Shown here: positions 1-9,190 of the stretch, piece after piece
How positions within the stretch are numbered: the first letter of the stretch is position 1
How the letters are laid out: the number at the start of each line of letters is the position of its first letter
Source: Deltaproteobacteria bacterium
Lineage (GTDB): Bacteria > Myxococcota > Kuafuiibacteriia > Kuafuiibacteriales > Kuafuiibacteriaceae
Assembly: GCA_011526105.1 (NCBI GenBank)
Contig: WYAZ01000031.1
Location: 131,796-195,795 of the forward strand
DNA: 64,000 bases
Direction of reading: 5' to 3'
Notes under the pieces: model-generated
Seen by the model: the letters and a program-made list of their open reading frames with translations, nothing else
Databases searched by the model: none
Told to the model about the DNA's origin: nothing
Made by a program: the position numbers and the translations under genes

Positions 1-983
1 AGCGGCAGTCCCGACTCAAAGGCGCGTCGACCGAGTTCCAGGACGGCGGCCGAGGGCTCGATCCCGCCAGTGAGCACGATTCCGGCCATGGGTATCCCGG
101 AGAGCGAGGCGAGCGCGCAGGCCATGATGACGTCGTCGCGGTCGCCGGGGGTGAGGATGAGCGTGCCGGGCTCAATGAAGCGGGCCAGGTTGTGGGGGGT
201 CATGGCGCCGATGCGGATGTTGGTGACTCGGCGGGTGTCCGACTGACCCGCGCGGAGCACTTTCGCATCCAGGAAACGCGCCACGTCCGAGACACGCGGC
301 GCGGCGATCAATGGGTCAAACGGAACGAGGCCAACGATGGGCAAGTCGAGCCCCGCGTCCTCGAACTCGCGGCGCGAAGCCGCGAGGTTGCTGAACTCCT
401 GCTTCGAGAGGCCGCCCGCGATCAGCGCGCTTGGCGCGACGCTCGGCCTCGACGGCGCCGCCCGAGCCTTGTTCACTACGCAGCCTTCGATACGCGCTCC
501 CTTCTCTTGGTAGCCGCGAGCGACGATCTCCAAGGCGTCGATGAGCTCCTTTGGGTCATCGCTGTGTGGGGCCCCGACGAGCACCATGTCCGCGCCCAGA
601 GCCTCAGCCATCAGCCGATTGACCCGAACCGAGTACATGAGCGTCTCGACCGGGACGAGTCCTTCTACGATGACCACATCGGCGCTGCGCTCCAGGGGAG
701 AGATGAGCGCGACGATCTCCTCCATGAGCCTCTGATCTTCGCCGTCCGAGAGGAGCTCGGCCGCGCGAGCGAGTGAGATGGGCACCGGAGGCTGGAGCCC
801 AAGCAGAGCCCTCACGATCTCCGAGGAGCGATCGACGTCTCCCTCGCGCGCCCCTTGAGCGATGGGCTTGGCGAAAGCGACGCGAAGGCCCATGCGATCG
901 AGGGCGCGTGCGAGGCCCAGGCAGATCGAGGTCAGTCCGACGCGGTGACCGGTGGGAACGAGGAGTAGGGTCCTGGAACTCAT
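1..983 (-). CDS. pta: Phosphate acetyltransferase, N-terminal part (gene continues beyond window start); ATG at 983..981
   Basis: Minus-strand translation from 983 reads MSSRTLLLVPTGHRVGLTSICLGLARALDRMGLRVAFAKPIAQ..., the DRTGG/AAA-like N-domain of long-form Pta; lies 2 bp downstream of ackA stop in same orientation (classic ackA-pta pair). Not in ORF track because it runs off the window edge. Confidence 0.75.
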   Translation of the reverse strand, partial: MSSRTLLLVPTGHRVGLTSICLGLARALDRMGLRVAFAKPIAQGAREGDVDRSSEIVRALLGLQPPVPISLARAAELLSDGEDQRLMEEIVALISPLERSADVVIVEGLVPVETLMYSVRVNRLMAEALGADMVLVGAPHSDDPKELIDALEIVARGYQEKGARIEGCVVNKARAAPSRPSVAPSALIAGGLSKQEFSNLAASRREFEDAGLDLPIVGLVPFDPLIAAPRVSDVARFLDAKVLRAGQSDTRRVTNIRIGAMTPHNLARFIEPGTLILTPGDRDDVIMACALASLSGIPMAGIVLTGGIEPSAAVLELGRRAFESGLP

Positions 984-984
984 C

Positions 985-2181
985 TCAAACCTCCGACCGG
1001 GAGAGTGTCTCCAGCGTATGCTGTGCGATCATCAGCTCCTCGTTCGTGGGAATCACGAGCGCCGTGGGGGCCCGCTTTGTGGTGATTCGACCGTGGGTGT
1101 GGCGTCCGTGCTCGAGATTCGCCGGAGCATCGAGCTCGAGCCCGAGCACGCGGAGACGCGCCAAGGTCTCGGCGCGAATGTCGGGTGAGTTCTCGCCGAT
1201 GCCTCCGGTGAAGATGATGGCATCCAAGCGGGGAAGGGCGGCGGTGAGCCCCATGATGCCTCGAGCCAGGCGGTGGCAGAACACGTCGATGGCGAGTTTG
1301 GCGCGTTCGTGGCCCGAGGCCCTGGCCTCGAGCAGCTCACGCATGTCGTTGGACAGCCCCGAGACCCCAAGCAGCCCTGATTCTCGATTGAGCAGTCGCA
1401 TGACGCCCTCGAGGTCGCGACCGGTCAACTCACAAAGGAGCGGCAGCATCCCGGGGTCGATGTCGCCGGAGCGAGTGCCCATGACCAAGCCCTCGAGCGG
1501 CGTGAGGCCCATGGTGGTGTCGACGCTGCGGCCTCCGGAGACCGCGGCGGCGCTGCAGCCGTTCCCGAGGTGGACCGTCACGAGGTTGAGGTCGGCGCGG
1601 CCGAGGCGGCGGGCTGCCTCCAGGCTCACGAACTCGTGCGAGCACCCGTGGAATCCGTAGCGCCGAAGCCCGTGAGTCTCATAGAGCTCGAACGGAATGG
1701 CGTACAGGTACGCAGACCGGGGCAGGGACTGATGAAACGCGGTATCGAACACCGCCACATGGGGCAGCTCGGGCAAGGCGCGCTCCGCGGCATCGATGCC
1801 GATGGCGTTTGCCGGGTTGTGAAGCGGCGCCAAGCGCGCGAGTTCGCGGATGACCGCGCGAACCTCCTCGTCGATGCGCACCGGCGAAGAGAAGCGTTCG
1901 CCGCCGTGCACCACCCGGTGACCCACGGCCGAGAGATCCTCGAGCAAATCGAGCTTTCGAAGCTCTTCGACGAGGGCCTGCATCGCCGCTTCATGGTCGG
2001 CGCGAGGCAGTGCACGCTCGATCTTCTGGCCCTCGTGGCTCAGCGAGAGATGTGCTTCCTCGTCTCCGATTCGTTCGATGAGGGCCTCCAGCAACTCTCG
2101 CTCGGTGCCTCGCTCGAGGATGGAGGCCTTTACCGAGGACGAGCCCGAGTTCACGACCAGGACTCTTGCGTTCGCCCTCAT
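985..2181 (-). CDS. ackA: Acetate kinase
   Basis: 398 aa; N-terminal VLVVNSGSSSVK motif, full-length acetate/propionate kinase architecture; followed by pta. Confidence 0.9.
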   Translation of the reverse strand: MRANARVLVVNSGSSSVKASILERGTERELLEALIERIGDEEAHLSLSHEGQKIERALPRADHEAAMQALVEELRKLDLLEDLSAVGHRVVHGGERFSSPVRIDEEVRAVIRELARLAPLHNPANAIGIDAAERALPELPHVAVFDTAFHQSLPRSAYLYAIPFELYETHGLRRYGFHGCSHEFVSLEAARRLGRADLNLVTVHLGNGCSAAAVSGGRSVDTTMGLTPLEGLVMGTRSGDIDPGMLPLLCELTGRDLEGVMRLLNRESGLLGVSGLSNDMRELLEARASGHERAKLAIDVFCHRLARGIMGLTAALPRLDAIIFTGGIGENSPDIRAETLARLRVLGLELDAPANLEHGRHTHGRITTKRAPTALVIPTNEELMIAQHTLETLSRSEV

Positions 2182-2218
2182 CCAGCGGACGCTACGAAGA
2201 ACCGCGCGGGCTGTCGAG

Positions 2219-5200
2219 TTAGAAGAGGGAGCCGAGCTGAAAGAACGGGCCGCTTGCGTCGATCACGTCGCGGTCTTCTCCTCCAGGGACTCGGAGGAGG
2301 TGCGCATAACCTACGCGCACCTGCAGCCCGAGCGCATGGCCCAAGAGAAGATCGGCTCTCAGTTCCGCTCCGGCGCCGATGGCGAAAGCGTCGAAGAAGC
2401 CGTCAAACAGGGTGCTGGCCTCGAGGGTCTGAAAGACACGCCCGGTGTCCGCGAACAGTGCGGCATGGAACGCGCGAATGGCGAGAGGGGCGGTCCCGAA
2501 GCCCCGCTCCACGCGCCAGATGGGCGCGCGATACTCGAGAGAAGCATGGATGACCCCGAGACCAGCCAGGATGGAGTTCTGCATCCCGCGCAGTCCGAAG
2601 AAGTTCTGAGTCGTGGTCGTGAGGGCGCTCTGGCCGGCGGCTCCGCCGAGTCGGAAGAGCTCTACGAGGTCTGGCCCGAGCCCAGCGGAGATCGAAAGAC
2701 TCGCCGCAAGGACGTGATTGGGCAGCAGCGAAGCCGGCATGCTCAAATAGCCGCGCGCGTCGCCGCCGAGCACGATCTGTTCATAGTCGCTGCCGAGGCC
2801 CTTGGAGAGCCCCGAGATCGCGAACGAGAGCTCATAGCCGCGTTCGATGGAGATCGAGTGCGCGAAGGCCCGCACGTTCGAGTAGGAGTAGCCCAGCCGT
2901 ACGCGCGCGAAGCGGCCATCCGCCGGCAGACGGGCCGCGGCCTCGTAGACGTCGTCCGGGACTTCGTTGAGCGCCGAGCGACCCTCGATCTGATACCCGA
3001 GCGAGATCAGATGGCGCCGCCGAAAAGGCAACGAGACACTCAAACTGCCCAGCAGTCGAAGTTCGGTGTAGTCGAAGAGCCGGTTTCCTTCTGTGTCGCG
3101 AAGCACGAACAAGCGGGTGTCGGCGTCGCCGCCGATGGTGAAGGTCGGCTCGAAGGCATCGTTCTGATAGATCGCGCCGCCTCCGAAGAAGTTGGTCGAG
3201 GTGCGGTAGGTGCCCCAGACGAGGTAGGTCTGGGTCTCGAGCGCGTCGCGGCCGAAGTGGCTGAGGCGGATGAAGAGCTCGGTCTCGTCCGCGCTCATCT
3301 CGGGGATCAGATTCCAGTTGTCGTTGAAGGGCAGCAGCGTGCTCTCGACCGAGTACTCGCCCATCGTCCAGCCTTCGGGCAGCTCGAACGGCGCGGGGAC
3401 CGGGTGATCCTTGAAAGGCGCCGGCGGTGGCTTTTCCGGAAGCCCGAGGGAGAGTGCGGGCCAGCGCCTGGGTTTGTCGTCGAGGCCTTCCTCCGGGAGC
3501 AAGACACGCTCGATCTGGATCCCTCGCTCCGGTTCAAAGGGCACGCGATACACGTCGAAGCCGTCCGCGGAATAGCCTCGAAACACGATGGTGCGACCGT
3601 CCGGTGAGATGGAGGGTTGATAGGCCCCGGTCATCAGGTTGGTGAGTTGGAGCAGTCGCTGGGATTCGAGTTCGAAGGCGTAGAGGTTGTAGATCCCGGT
3701 TCGGTCGGAGGCAAAGACGAGCCAGCGCCCATCCGGCGACCAGGTGGGGTCCACGTCTTGAGCGCGATCGCGCGTGATGGTCTCGACGAGCGCGCCCTCG
3801 CGGTCGTAGATCACGACGTCGCGGCGGCCGGTACGAAACCGCGAAACGGCGATGCTTCGCCCGTCCGGCGAGAAACGTGGGTTCGAGAGCTGAACGTCCG
3901 GCTCGGCGGGCACGATGACCCTTGGGTGCAAGGTGAGGCCGTCTGACCCGAGGCGCGCGAGCACCAATCGATTGGCCGCGTAGGGCGTCTGCACGAACAC
4001 GATCGAGGTTCCGCTAGGCGACACGTCCGGATCACGCGCCCTCAGAGAGCCGGAGGGAGCCAAGAATTCCTTCTCGTAGCGCTCATCGAGCCTCAAGAGC
4101 TCGGTCTCCTCCTTCTTCAGGTCATATCGCAAGAGGCTGTTATGGAAGTAGAAGCGCTGATTGATCTCGGTCTGCTGGTAGTAGAAGGCGCTTCCGTCGG
4201 GCGTAAACGACAGCGCCTTCGAGAAGGTGTCATTGACGAGCACGGTGTCGTTTCCGCCATCGAGGTCGATGCGCCGAATCCGCGGTCCGTCTTTGGGGGA
4301 GTTCGTGGAGAAGAAGATGTGCTTGCCGTCTTTGGATATCTTCGGTCCCAGCAGATCTCCGCCGTATCGGGTCAGGCGGTCGGGGATGGTCTCGGCCAAT
4401 GTTGACGAGCGAACGAGCCGCTGTGTGAGCAGCGCGTCTTCCTTCATCTCCGCTTCGAAGGTGAGCCACAAGGCCTCGAAGGTGTCGTCGAAGGCCATGA
4501 AGGCCGCCCACCAGGTGAGGTACGGGACCGGGGTCTCGGCGTAGATGCGGTGGTACCGCATCAGCGCCTCCTCTCCGAAGCGATAGGCGAGCCAGGCTTG
4601 AAACCGCCCGCCAATGAAGTACGCCACGTTCGAGAACGGCCAATACGCGTAGGCGCGATAGCCCTGGTCGATGTGTGGGAAGCGGTCCTCGAGCGCGGCG
4701 ACGCGGATGACCATGTCGGCGTACGCTGAACGTCCGCGGCCCGCGCCGGAGCTGTAGGTCTCCTCGTAGACGGCGAGCCCTTCGGACAGCCACGCGGGGG
4801 TGTACTGGTTGAGCGCGATGTACTTGCCGAAGATGAATCGGCCGATCACCGGGAGCCCAAACACCATGTCCAGATGGACGATATGTGCGAGCTCATGGTC
4901 GATGACCGAGTAGAGCCAGTCGTCGTAGTCTTCGAGTCCGGAGACCTCGGTGGGGGCGGTGACATAGATCGTGATGATCTTGTTCGGAAAGACCGTCGCC
5001 GTCCCGTTGGCAAAATCGTTCTGGTCGTCGACGACGATTGTGATGCGTCCTTGGGGCCGGTAACCGAAGCGCGCGACCATGCCTGGGAGGAGCGACTCTG
5101 CGATGGCGGCCGAGCGCAGCGCGATGTGCTCATAACCCTTCGCGTGGACCACGTAGAAGTTCGGACTGGTCACGGCGCGATAAGGCACGTCCGGGTCGTA

Positions 5201-5281
5201 GCTGCCGGCGGCCCGTCCATCCCGAGGGGCGAACGAGAGTATGAGCGCAGCGACCGCGAGGGCTTTCGAGAGATCTCTCAT
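2219..5281 (-). CDS. Large outer-membrane protein: zincin-like HExxH domain + TolB-like PD40 beta-propeller + C-terminal Omp85/surface-antigen-like beta-barrel (start re-placed to ATG 5281, MRDLSKALAVAALILSF... signal peptide)
   Basis: HELAHIVHLD metal-binding motif; repeated SPDG(R/T)... PD40 motifs; C-terminal alternating hydrophobic strands ending in ...GSLF; signal peptide at chosen start; upstream 49 codons of track ORF are Arg/Pro-rich junk. Confidence 0.6.
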   Translation of the reverse strand: MRDLSKALAVAALILSFAPRDGRAAGSYDPDVPYRAVTSPNFYVVHAKGYEHIALRSAAIAESLLPGMVARFGYRPQGRITIVVDDQNDFANGTATVFPNKIITIYVTAPTEVSGLEDYDDWLYSVIDHELAHIVHLDMVFGLPVIGRFIFGKYIALNQYTPAWLSEGLAVYEETYSSGAGRGRSAYADMVIRVAALEDRFPHIDQGYRAYAYWPFSNVAYFIGGRFQAWLAYRFGEEALMRYHRIYAETPVPYLTWWAAFMAFDDTFEALWLTFEAEMKEDALLTQRLVRSSTLAETIPDRLTRYGGDLLGPKISKDGKHIFFSTNSPKDGPRIRRIDLDGGNDTVLVNDTFSKALSFTPDGSAFYYQQTEINQRFYFHNSLLRYDLKKEETELLRLDERYEKEFLAPSGSLRARDPDVSPSGTSIVFVQTPYAANRLVLARLGSDGLTLHPRVIVPAEPDVQLSNPRFSPDGRSIAVSRFRTGRRDVVIYDREGALVETITRDRAQDVDPTWSPDGRWLVFASDRTGIYNLYAFELESQRLLQLTNLMTGAYQPSISPDGRTIVFRGYSADGFDVYRVPFEPERGIQIERVLLPEEGLDDKPRRWPALSLGLPEKPPPAPFKDHPVPAPFELPEGWTMGEYSVESTLLPFNDNWNLIPEMSADETELFIRLSHFGRDALETQTYLVWGTYRTSTNFFGGGAIYQNDAFEPTFTIGGDADTRLFVLRDTEGNRLFDYTELRLLGSLSVSLPFRRRHLISLGYQIEGRSALNEVPDDVYEAAARLPADGRFARVRLGYSYSNVRAFAHSISIERGYELSFAISGLSKGLGSDYEQIVLGGDARGYLSMPASLLPNHVLAASLSISAGLGPDLVELFRLGGAAGQSALTTTTQNFFGLRGMQNSILAGLGVIHASLEYRAPIWRVERGFGTAPLAIRAFHAALFADTGRVFQTLEASTLFDGFFDAFAIGAGAELRADLLLGHALGLQVRVGYAHLLRVPGGEDRDVIDASGPFFQLGSLF

Positions 5282-5877
5282 CGAGCTGGACGCGAGGCGG
5301 ACTGGATCTCTCGGAGGAGGCGTTCGATGTCGGGCGCGGACCCCGCGCCGGCCGCGGTGCGAAAGCGGGCATTTTGTCTCGGAGGGTCGGTCACCGCGAC
5401 ACATAGGTGCTCGGCTTCGATGACACACGCCGCCGCTTTGGCGCCGGTGAGCCGCCGGAGCTCATCGGCTACGGACTGCGTAAGGGCCTCTTGCAGCACG
5501 AGCCGGTGGGCGAGCACGTCCACCAGCTTCGCGATGTTGCCAAAGCCGGGCACCATGCCCTTCGGGAGGATCGCGACGTGCGCGTGTCCTTTCATCGGCA
5601 GAAGGTGATGCGGACACGTGGACACGAGCGGAATGTCCGCCACGAGGAGTGGTCCCGACTGCTTGGTCGCGAAAAGGCGGCCGAGCGCCTCGGTGGGATC
5701 CGCATGATGCCCCGCCGTGAGCACATCGATCCACGCCGCTGCGGCCCGAGCCGGGGTGCCAACAAAGTTCTCGTCCGCCCGGTCGACGCCCAGCGCATCG
5801 AGAAGCTCCTCTATGGCCCGCTCCGCCCTTGGCCGATCGGGGCTGGGGCGTATCTTGGATCTGGAACGCCGAGCCAC
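5278..5877 (-). CDS. folE: GTP cyclohydrolase I
   Basis: 199 aa; STCPHHLLP...HAHV motif region matching FolE active site (CEHH-type), size correct. Confidence 0.85.
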   Translation of the reverse strand: MARRSRSKIRPSPDRPRAERAIEELLDALGVDRADENFVGTPARAAAAWIDVLTAGHHADPTEALGRLFATKQSGPLLVADIPLVSTCPHHLLPMKGHAHVAILPKGMVPGFGNIAKLVDVLAHRLVLQEALTQSVADELRRLTGAKAAACVIEAEHLCVAVTDPPRQNARFRTAAGAGSAPDIERLLREIQSASRPAR

Positions 5878-6052
5878 CGACGGAGGACACCATCGCCTTT
5901 CCCCGATGAGGTCAAGGCCCTGCCGCCGCCTCCAGGAGGGCTCAGGGGCTGCAATGGCCCGATATCATCCCCAGATCCTGGTGCCTTCGAAATCCCCAGC
6001 GAGACCCGGCCGTTGACAGAGCGGGTCGCGGCCCCTACTTCAGAGACCAGGC

Positions 6053-6718
6053 TTGGAAAGAAACCGCGTGAAACCCAACCAGCCTCACACTCCCTCCAGC
6101 ACTCCCCCCACCGTGCTTCGCTACGCCGAAGCGGTGGTTCCGACCATCCACGGGGATGTTCGATTGGTGGTCTTCAGGGAGCGCGGCTCCGAGGATCCCC
6201 ACGCCATCGAGCACGTCGCGATGGTCTTCGGCGAACCCGCCAAAGCCTCCGGCGCCGTCCTCGCGCGCGTCCACAGCGAGTGCATCACTTCGGAGGTCTT
6301 TGGCTCACTCAAGTGCGACTGCCGGGACCAGCTCCTCGAGGCGATCATTCGCATCCAAGAGGTTGGCCACGGCGTCATCTGCTACCTCCGCCAAGAGGGA
6401 CGGGGCATTGGGCTGGGAAACAAGATCCGCGCCTATGCACTGCAAGCTCAAGGGCTCGACACCATCGAGGCCAACCTTCACCTCGGCTTCGACGTCGATC
6501 TTCGGCGTTACGATGTTGCGGCGGACATGCTGAAGGACTTGGGGGTGCGAGCGGTCCGGCTGCTCACCAACAACCCGGAGAAGCTCGCCGGGCTTGCGGA
6601 AGCCGGGATTCAGGTCGTCGGGCGCGAGTCGATTGAGATCGAGCCCAATCGGCACTCCGAGAGCTATCTGTCCACCAAGCAGAAGCTCATGGGGCATCTC
6701 CTGGCGCTCGCTTCTTGA
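6053..6718 (+). CDS. ribA: GTP cyclohydrolase II
   Basis: 221 aa; RVHSECITSEVFGSLKCDCRDQL zinc-site motif, YLRQEGRGIGL, KIRAYALQ motifs typical of RibA. Confidence 0.85.
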   Translation: MERNRVKPNQPHTPSSTPPTVLRYAEAVVPTIHGDVRLVVFRERGSEDPHAIEHVAMVFGEPAKASGAVLARVHSECITSEVFGSLKCDCRDQLLEAIIRIQEVGHGVICYLRQEGRGIGLGNKIRAYALQAQGLDTIEANLHLGFDVDLRRYDVAADMLKDLGVRAVRLLTNNPEKLAGLAEAGIQVVGRESIEIEPNRHSESYLSTKQKLMGHLLALAS

Positions 6719-6726
6719 GTCTGGTC

Positions 6727-7446
6727 TCAGGCCTGGCCCGAACCCACACCCCAGCCCGGTATCGCGCCGCTGTCGTCCTCGCCGCCCCCTTGCTGCAAGA
6801 GCAGCGCGCCGAGCACGCCGTTGACGATTTCGATGCGCTTCGCTGGATCGGGCTCAGCGAGGATGCGTCGTCGGTCGTCCGGTTCTTGAACCGCCGCCAC
6901 CGCGATGGTGTCGGCCAAGACTCCGGCTTCGTCGATCTCGTTGATGCGCGAGAGCAGCTCTTCGTTGCCATCCCCGAGACTCACCACCACCCGCGTGCAG
7001 AGGCTCCTCAGGCCCGACATGGCGCGTGAGAGCTCCGGTGCGGAGGTTTCGGTGTGGTCGAGGATGAGCTCCGTCTTCACCCGACGGTAGGGGATGTCGA
7101 GCTGTGGCTGGAACTCCTCCACGACGCGCAAGCGACCGCAGCCCGCGATGAGCAGATCGAAGCGTCCGTCCGGGTAGCGTGTGGACCTCTGGATGAGACC
7201 GAGGCCGGCGTGGTCGAAGATCGAAGGCCGCCCGTGTGCATCCGGCGGCAGGCGCTCGTCGAGTGCCCCGAGCGCGATGAGCTCATGACCTTCGAGCGCG
7301 TCCTCGACCATTCGGCGATACCGGGGTTCGAAGATGTGAATGGGAAGGTACACGCCAGGGAGCAGCAGGATGTTCGACAGCGGAAAGAGCGGGACAGCAT
7401 TCAAGGCCTCGACCGGCACCGCGCGGTAGGTATCACTCACGGACAC
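6727..7446 (-). CDS. LON N-terminal (substrate-binding) domain protein
   Basis: 239 aa; PLFPLSNILLLPGVYLPIHIFEPRYRRMV is the Lon N-domain signature; no ATPase/protease domain. Confidence 0.7.
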   Translation of the reverse strand: MSVSDTYRAVPVEALNAVPLFPLSNILLLPGVYLPIHIFEPRYRRMVEDALEGHELIALGALDERLPPDAHGRPSIFDHAGLGLIQRSTRYPDGRFDLLIAGCGRLRVVEEFQPQLDIPYRRVKTELILDHTETSAPELSRAMSGLRSLCTRVVVSLGDGNEELLSRINEIDEAGVLADTIAVAAVQEPDDRRRILAEPDPAKRIEIVNGVLGALLLQQGGGEDDSGAIPGWGVGSGQA

Positions 7447-8842
7447 CTCGAGACGGGAAGATCTTTCCGGGGTTCAAGATGCCGGCCGGATCAAACACCT
7501 TCTTCACGTTCTTCTGGAGCGCGATCAGCGGCTCGGAGTGCTCGAGGGAGAGGAACTCGCGCTTGGTGAGCCCGACCCCATGCTCGCCGGAGATCGTTCC
7601 GCCCAAAGAGACGGTGAGGCTCATGATCTCGTGCACGGCCTGGTCCGCGCGCTCCTGTGCGTCTTCGTCGAACAAGATGTTCACGTGCAGGTTGCCGTCT
7701 CCGGCGTGCCCATAGGTGGCGAGCCCGAGCTTGTGCTTCTCTCCAATTCGCTTCGCGCCGTCGAGCATGGCGGGGATCCTTGAGCGAGGCACGACGATGT
7801 CTTCAGAGATCTTGCGCGGCGCAGTTTCGGAGAGCGTGACGGACAGCATGCGGCGTGGTTCCCACATCTTCTCGCGCTGCGCCGCGTCTTGGGCGACGAG
7901 CACGTCGATGGCGCCGTGCTCGGTGCACACGAGGGCGGCGCGTTCGAGATCCTCCATGCTTCGTTCGACGCTCGTTCCGTCTGTCTCCAGAATCAAGAGT
8001 GCGCCTGCATTCTCGGGGAAGCGCCCAGGGGTTTTCTCCCGCAGCGCCCCCAGGGCGTAGTCGTCGAGGAACTCGAGCGTCCGCGGGATCACACCGGCGG
8101 CGAAGATGGCGGTGATGGCGGACCCAGCCCGGCCGAGATCAGGAAAGCTGACGAGCGCGGTGGTCACCGCGGCCGGATTCGGGATGAGCCGGGTGGTGAT
8201 CTCCGTGATGACGCCGAGTGTTCCCTCGGAGCCGACCATCAGGGCGGTGAGGTCGTAGCCGGTGACGTGCTTCAGAGTACCCTTGCCGAAACGAAGGACC
8301 TCGCCGGTGGGGATGACCACCTCGACCGCCAGCACGTAGTTCTTGGTGACGCCGTACTTGAGCGCACGAGGTCCGCCCGCGTTGCAGGCCACGTTGCCGC
8401 CGAGGGAGCAGATCTTCAGGCTGTTTGGATCCGGCGGATAGAACAGACCTTCGGCCTCGACGTTCCGCATGAAGGTCTCGGTGATGATGCCGGGCTCGGC
8501 GACCGCAATCATGTCGGTCTTCGAGACGTCCTTCATCCGGGTCATGCGCTCCATCGACAGAACGATGCCACCCTGCACCGGCACCGATCCGCCCGACTTG
8601 CCGGTGCCGAGCCCACGCGGCGTGACCGGGACGCCATGTGCGGTCGCGGCGCGAAAGACCGCTTGAACGTCCGCGACGCCTTCGGCGCGCACGACGAGGT
8701 CGGGCATGGAGGGGGTCGAGAACGACCAGTCCTGGCCATAAGGGCTGAAGAGGTCGGGATCATCGATGAGCTTCGAGGGTCCGAGCGCGGCGGCGAGCAT
8801 TCGTTTGCAGGCGTCGATGGAGGCTGAAGACGGCCGGTTCAT
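7433..8842 (-). CDS. FAD-linked oxidase (GlcD / D-lactate dehydrogenase family); start re-placed to ATG 8842 (MNRPSSASIDACKRML...)
   Basis: FAD_binding_4 motifs (RGLGTGKSGGSVP..., C-terminal GGTISGEHGVGLTKREFL); overlaps neighbours by 4 and 14 bp (operon). Confidence 0.8.
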   Translation of the reverse strand: MNRPSSASIDACKRMLAAALGPSKLIDDPDLFSPYGQDWSFSTPSMPDLVVRAEGVADVQAVFRAATAHGVPVTPRGLGTGKSGGSVPVQGGIVLSMERMTRMKDVSKTDMIAVAEPGIITETFMRNVEAEGLFYPPDPNSLKICSLGGNVACNAGGPRALKYGVTKNYVLAVEVVIPTGEVLRFGKGTLKHVTGYDLTALMVGSEGTLGVITEITTRLIPNPAAVTTALVSFPDLGRAGSAITAIFAAGVIPRTLEFLDDYALGALREKTPGRFPENAGALLILETDGTSVERSMEDLERAALVCTEHGAIDVLVAQDAAQREKMWEPRRMLSVTLSETAPRKISEDIVVPRSRIPAMLDGAKRIGEKHKLGLATYGHAGDGNLHVNILFDEDAQERADQAVHEIMSLTVSLGGTISGEHGVGLTKREFLSLEHSEPLIALQKNVKKVFDPAGILNPGKIFPSRGVRE

Positions 8843-9189
8843 CGGGCGTGCTTCCTGCCGCCGCGCGGAAGCTGCAGGATCTCGAGGCCCGAGGTCGCCT
8901 GCACCTGACATGCACGACCCACGATCGACTCCCCGGCTGCGTCCGCGCGGTATTCCATCTCACAGCAGCCCTTGGTGTTGTTCCAACAGTAGCGCCCCCA
9001 GTCCATTCGGACCGAGTTCTCTTTCAATTCGAGATACTGCAGGCACCGGAGGACGCTGTTGTTCTCGGGGACATAGGCCGGCTCGCCCTCCACCCAGATC
9101 GGGAGGAGCATCTGATAGGCGCCGTAGAGGTTCAGGTCATCCGAACTATGGGTTCCGGAAAAAGGGATGGGTTCTCGCTTCTCGGTCAT
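8839..9189 (-). CDS. Small Cys-containing hypothetical protein (116 aa) from ATG 9189 (MTEKREPIPFSG...)
   Basis: ORF with CWNNTKGCCEMEY Cys cluster; begins immediately after stop of upstream cytochrome gene and overlaps downstream oxidase start by 4 bp; no family recognised. Confidence 0.4.
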   Translation of the reverse strand: MTEKREPIPFSGTHSSDDLNLYGAYQMLLPIWVEGEPAYVPENNSVLRCLQYLELKENSVRMDWGRYCWNNTKGCCEMEYRADAAGESIVGRACQVQATSGLEILQLPRGGRKHAR

Positions 9190-9190
9190 C

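Noticed and set aside
773-2553. Plus-strand ORFs 773..1660 and 1570..2553
   Set aside because: Antisense to pta and ackA; shadow ORFs.
2078-3607. 509-aa ORF on plus strand
   Set aside because: Antisense of the well-supported outer-membrane protein gene; shadow ORF.
5878-6052. Possible FMN riboswitch upstream of ribA
   Set aside because: No recognisable FMN aptamer core (conserved GGAT/GGGCGG...CCGAC segments) by eye; needs an Rfam scan to be sure.
5407-6636. 409-aa ORF on plus strand overlapping folE (antisense) and ribA (other frame)
   Set aside because: Arg/Pro/Gly-rich junk translation; both overlapped genes have clear homology in their own frames.
8839-9189. RuBisCO small-subunit-like identity for the small Cys-rich ORF
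   Set aside because: Considered because of size and some motif resemblance, but key RbcS motifs are absent, so it is left as hypothetical.
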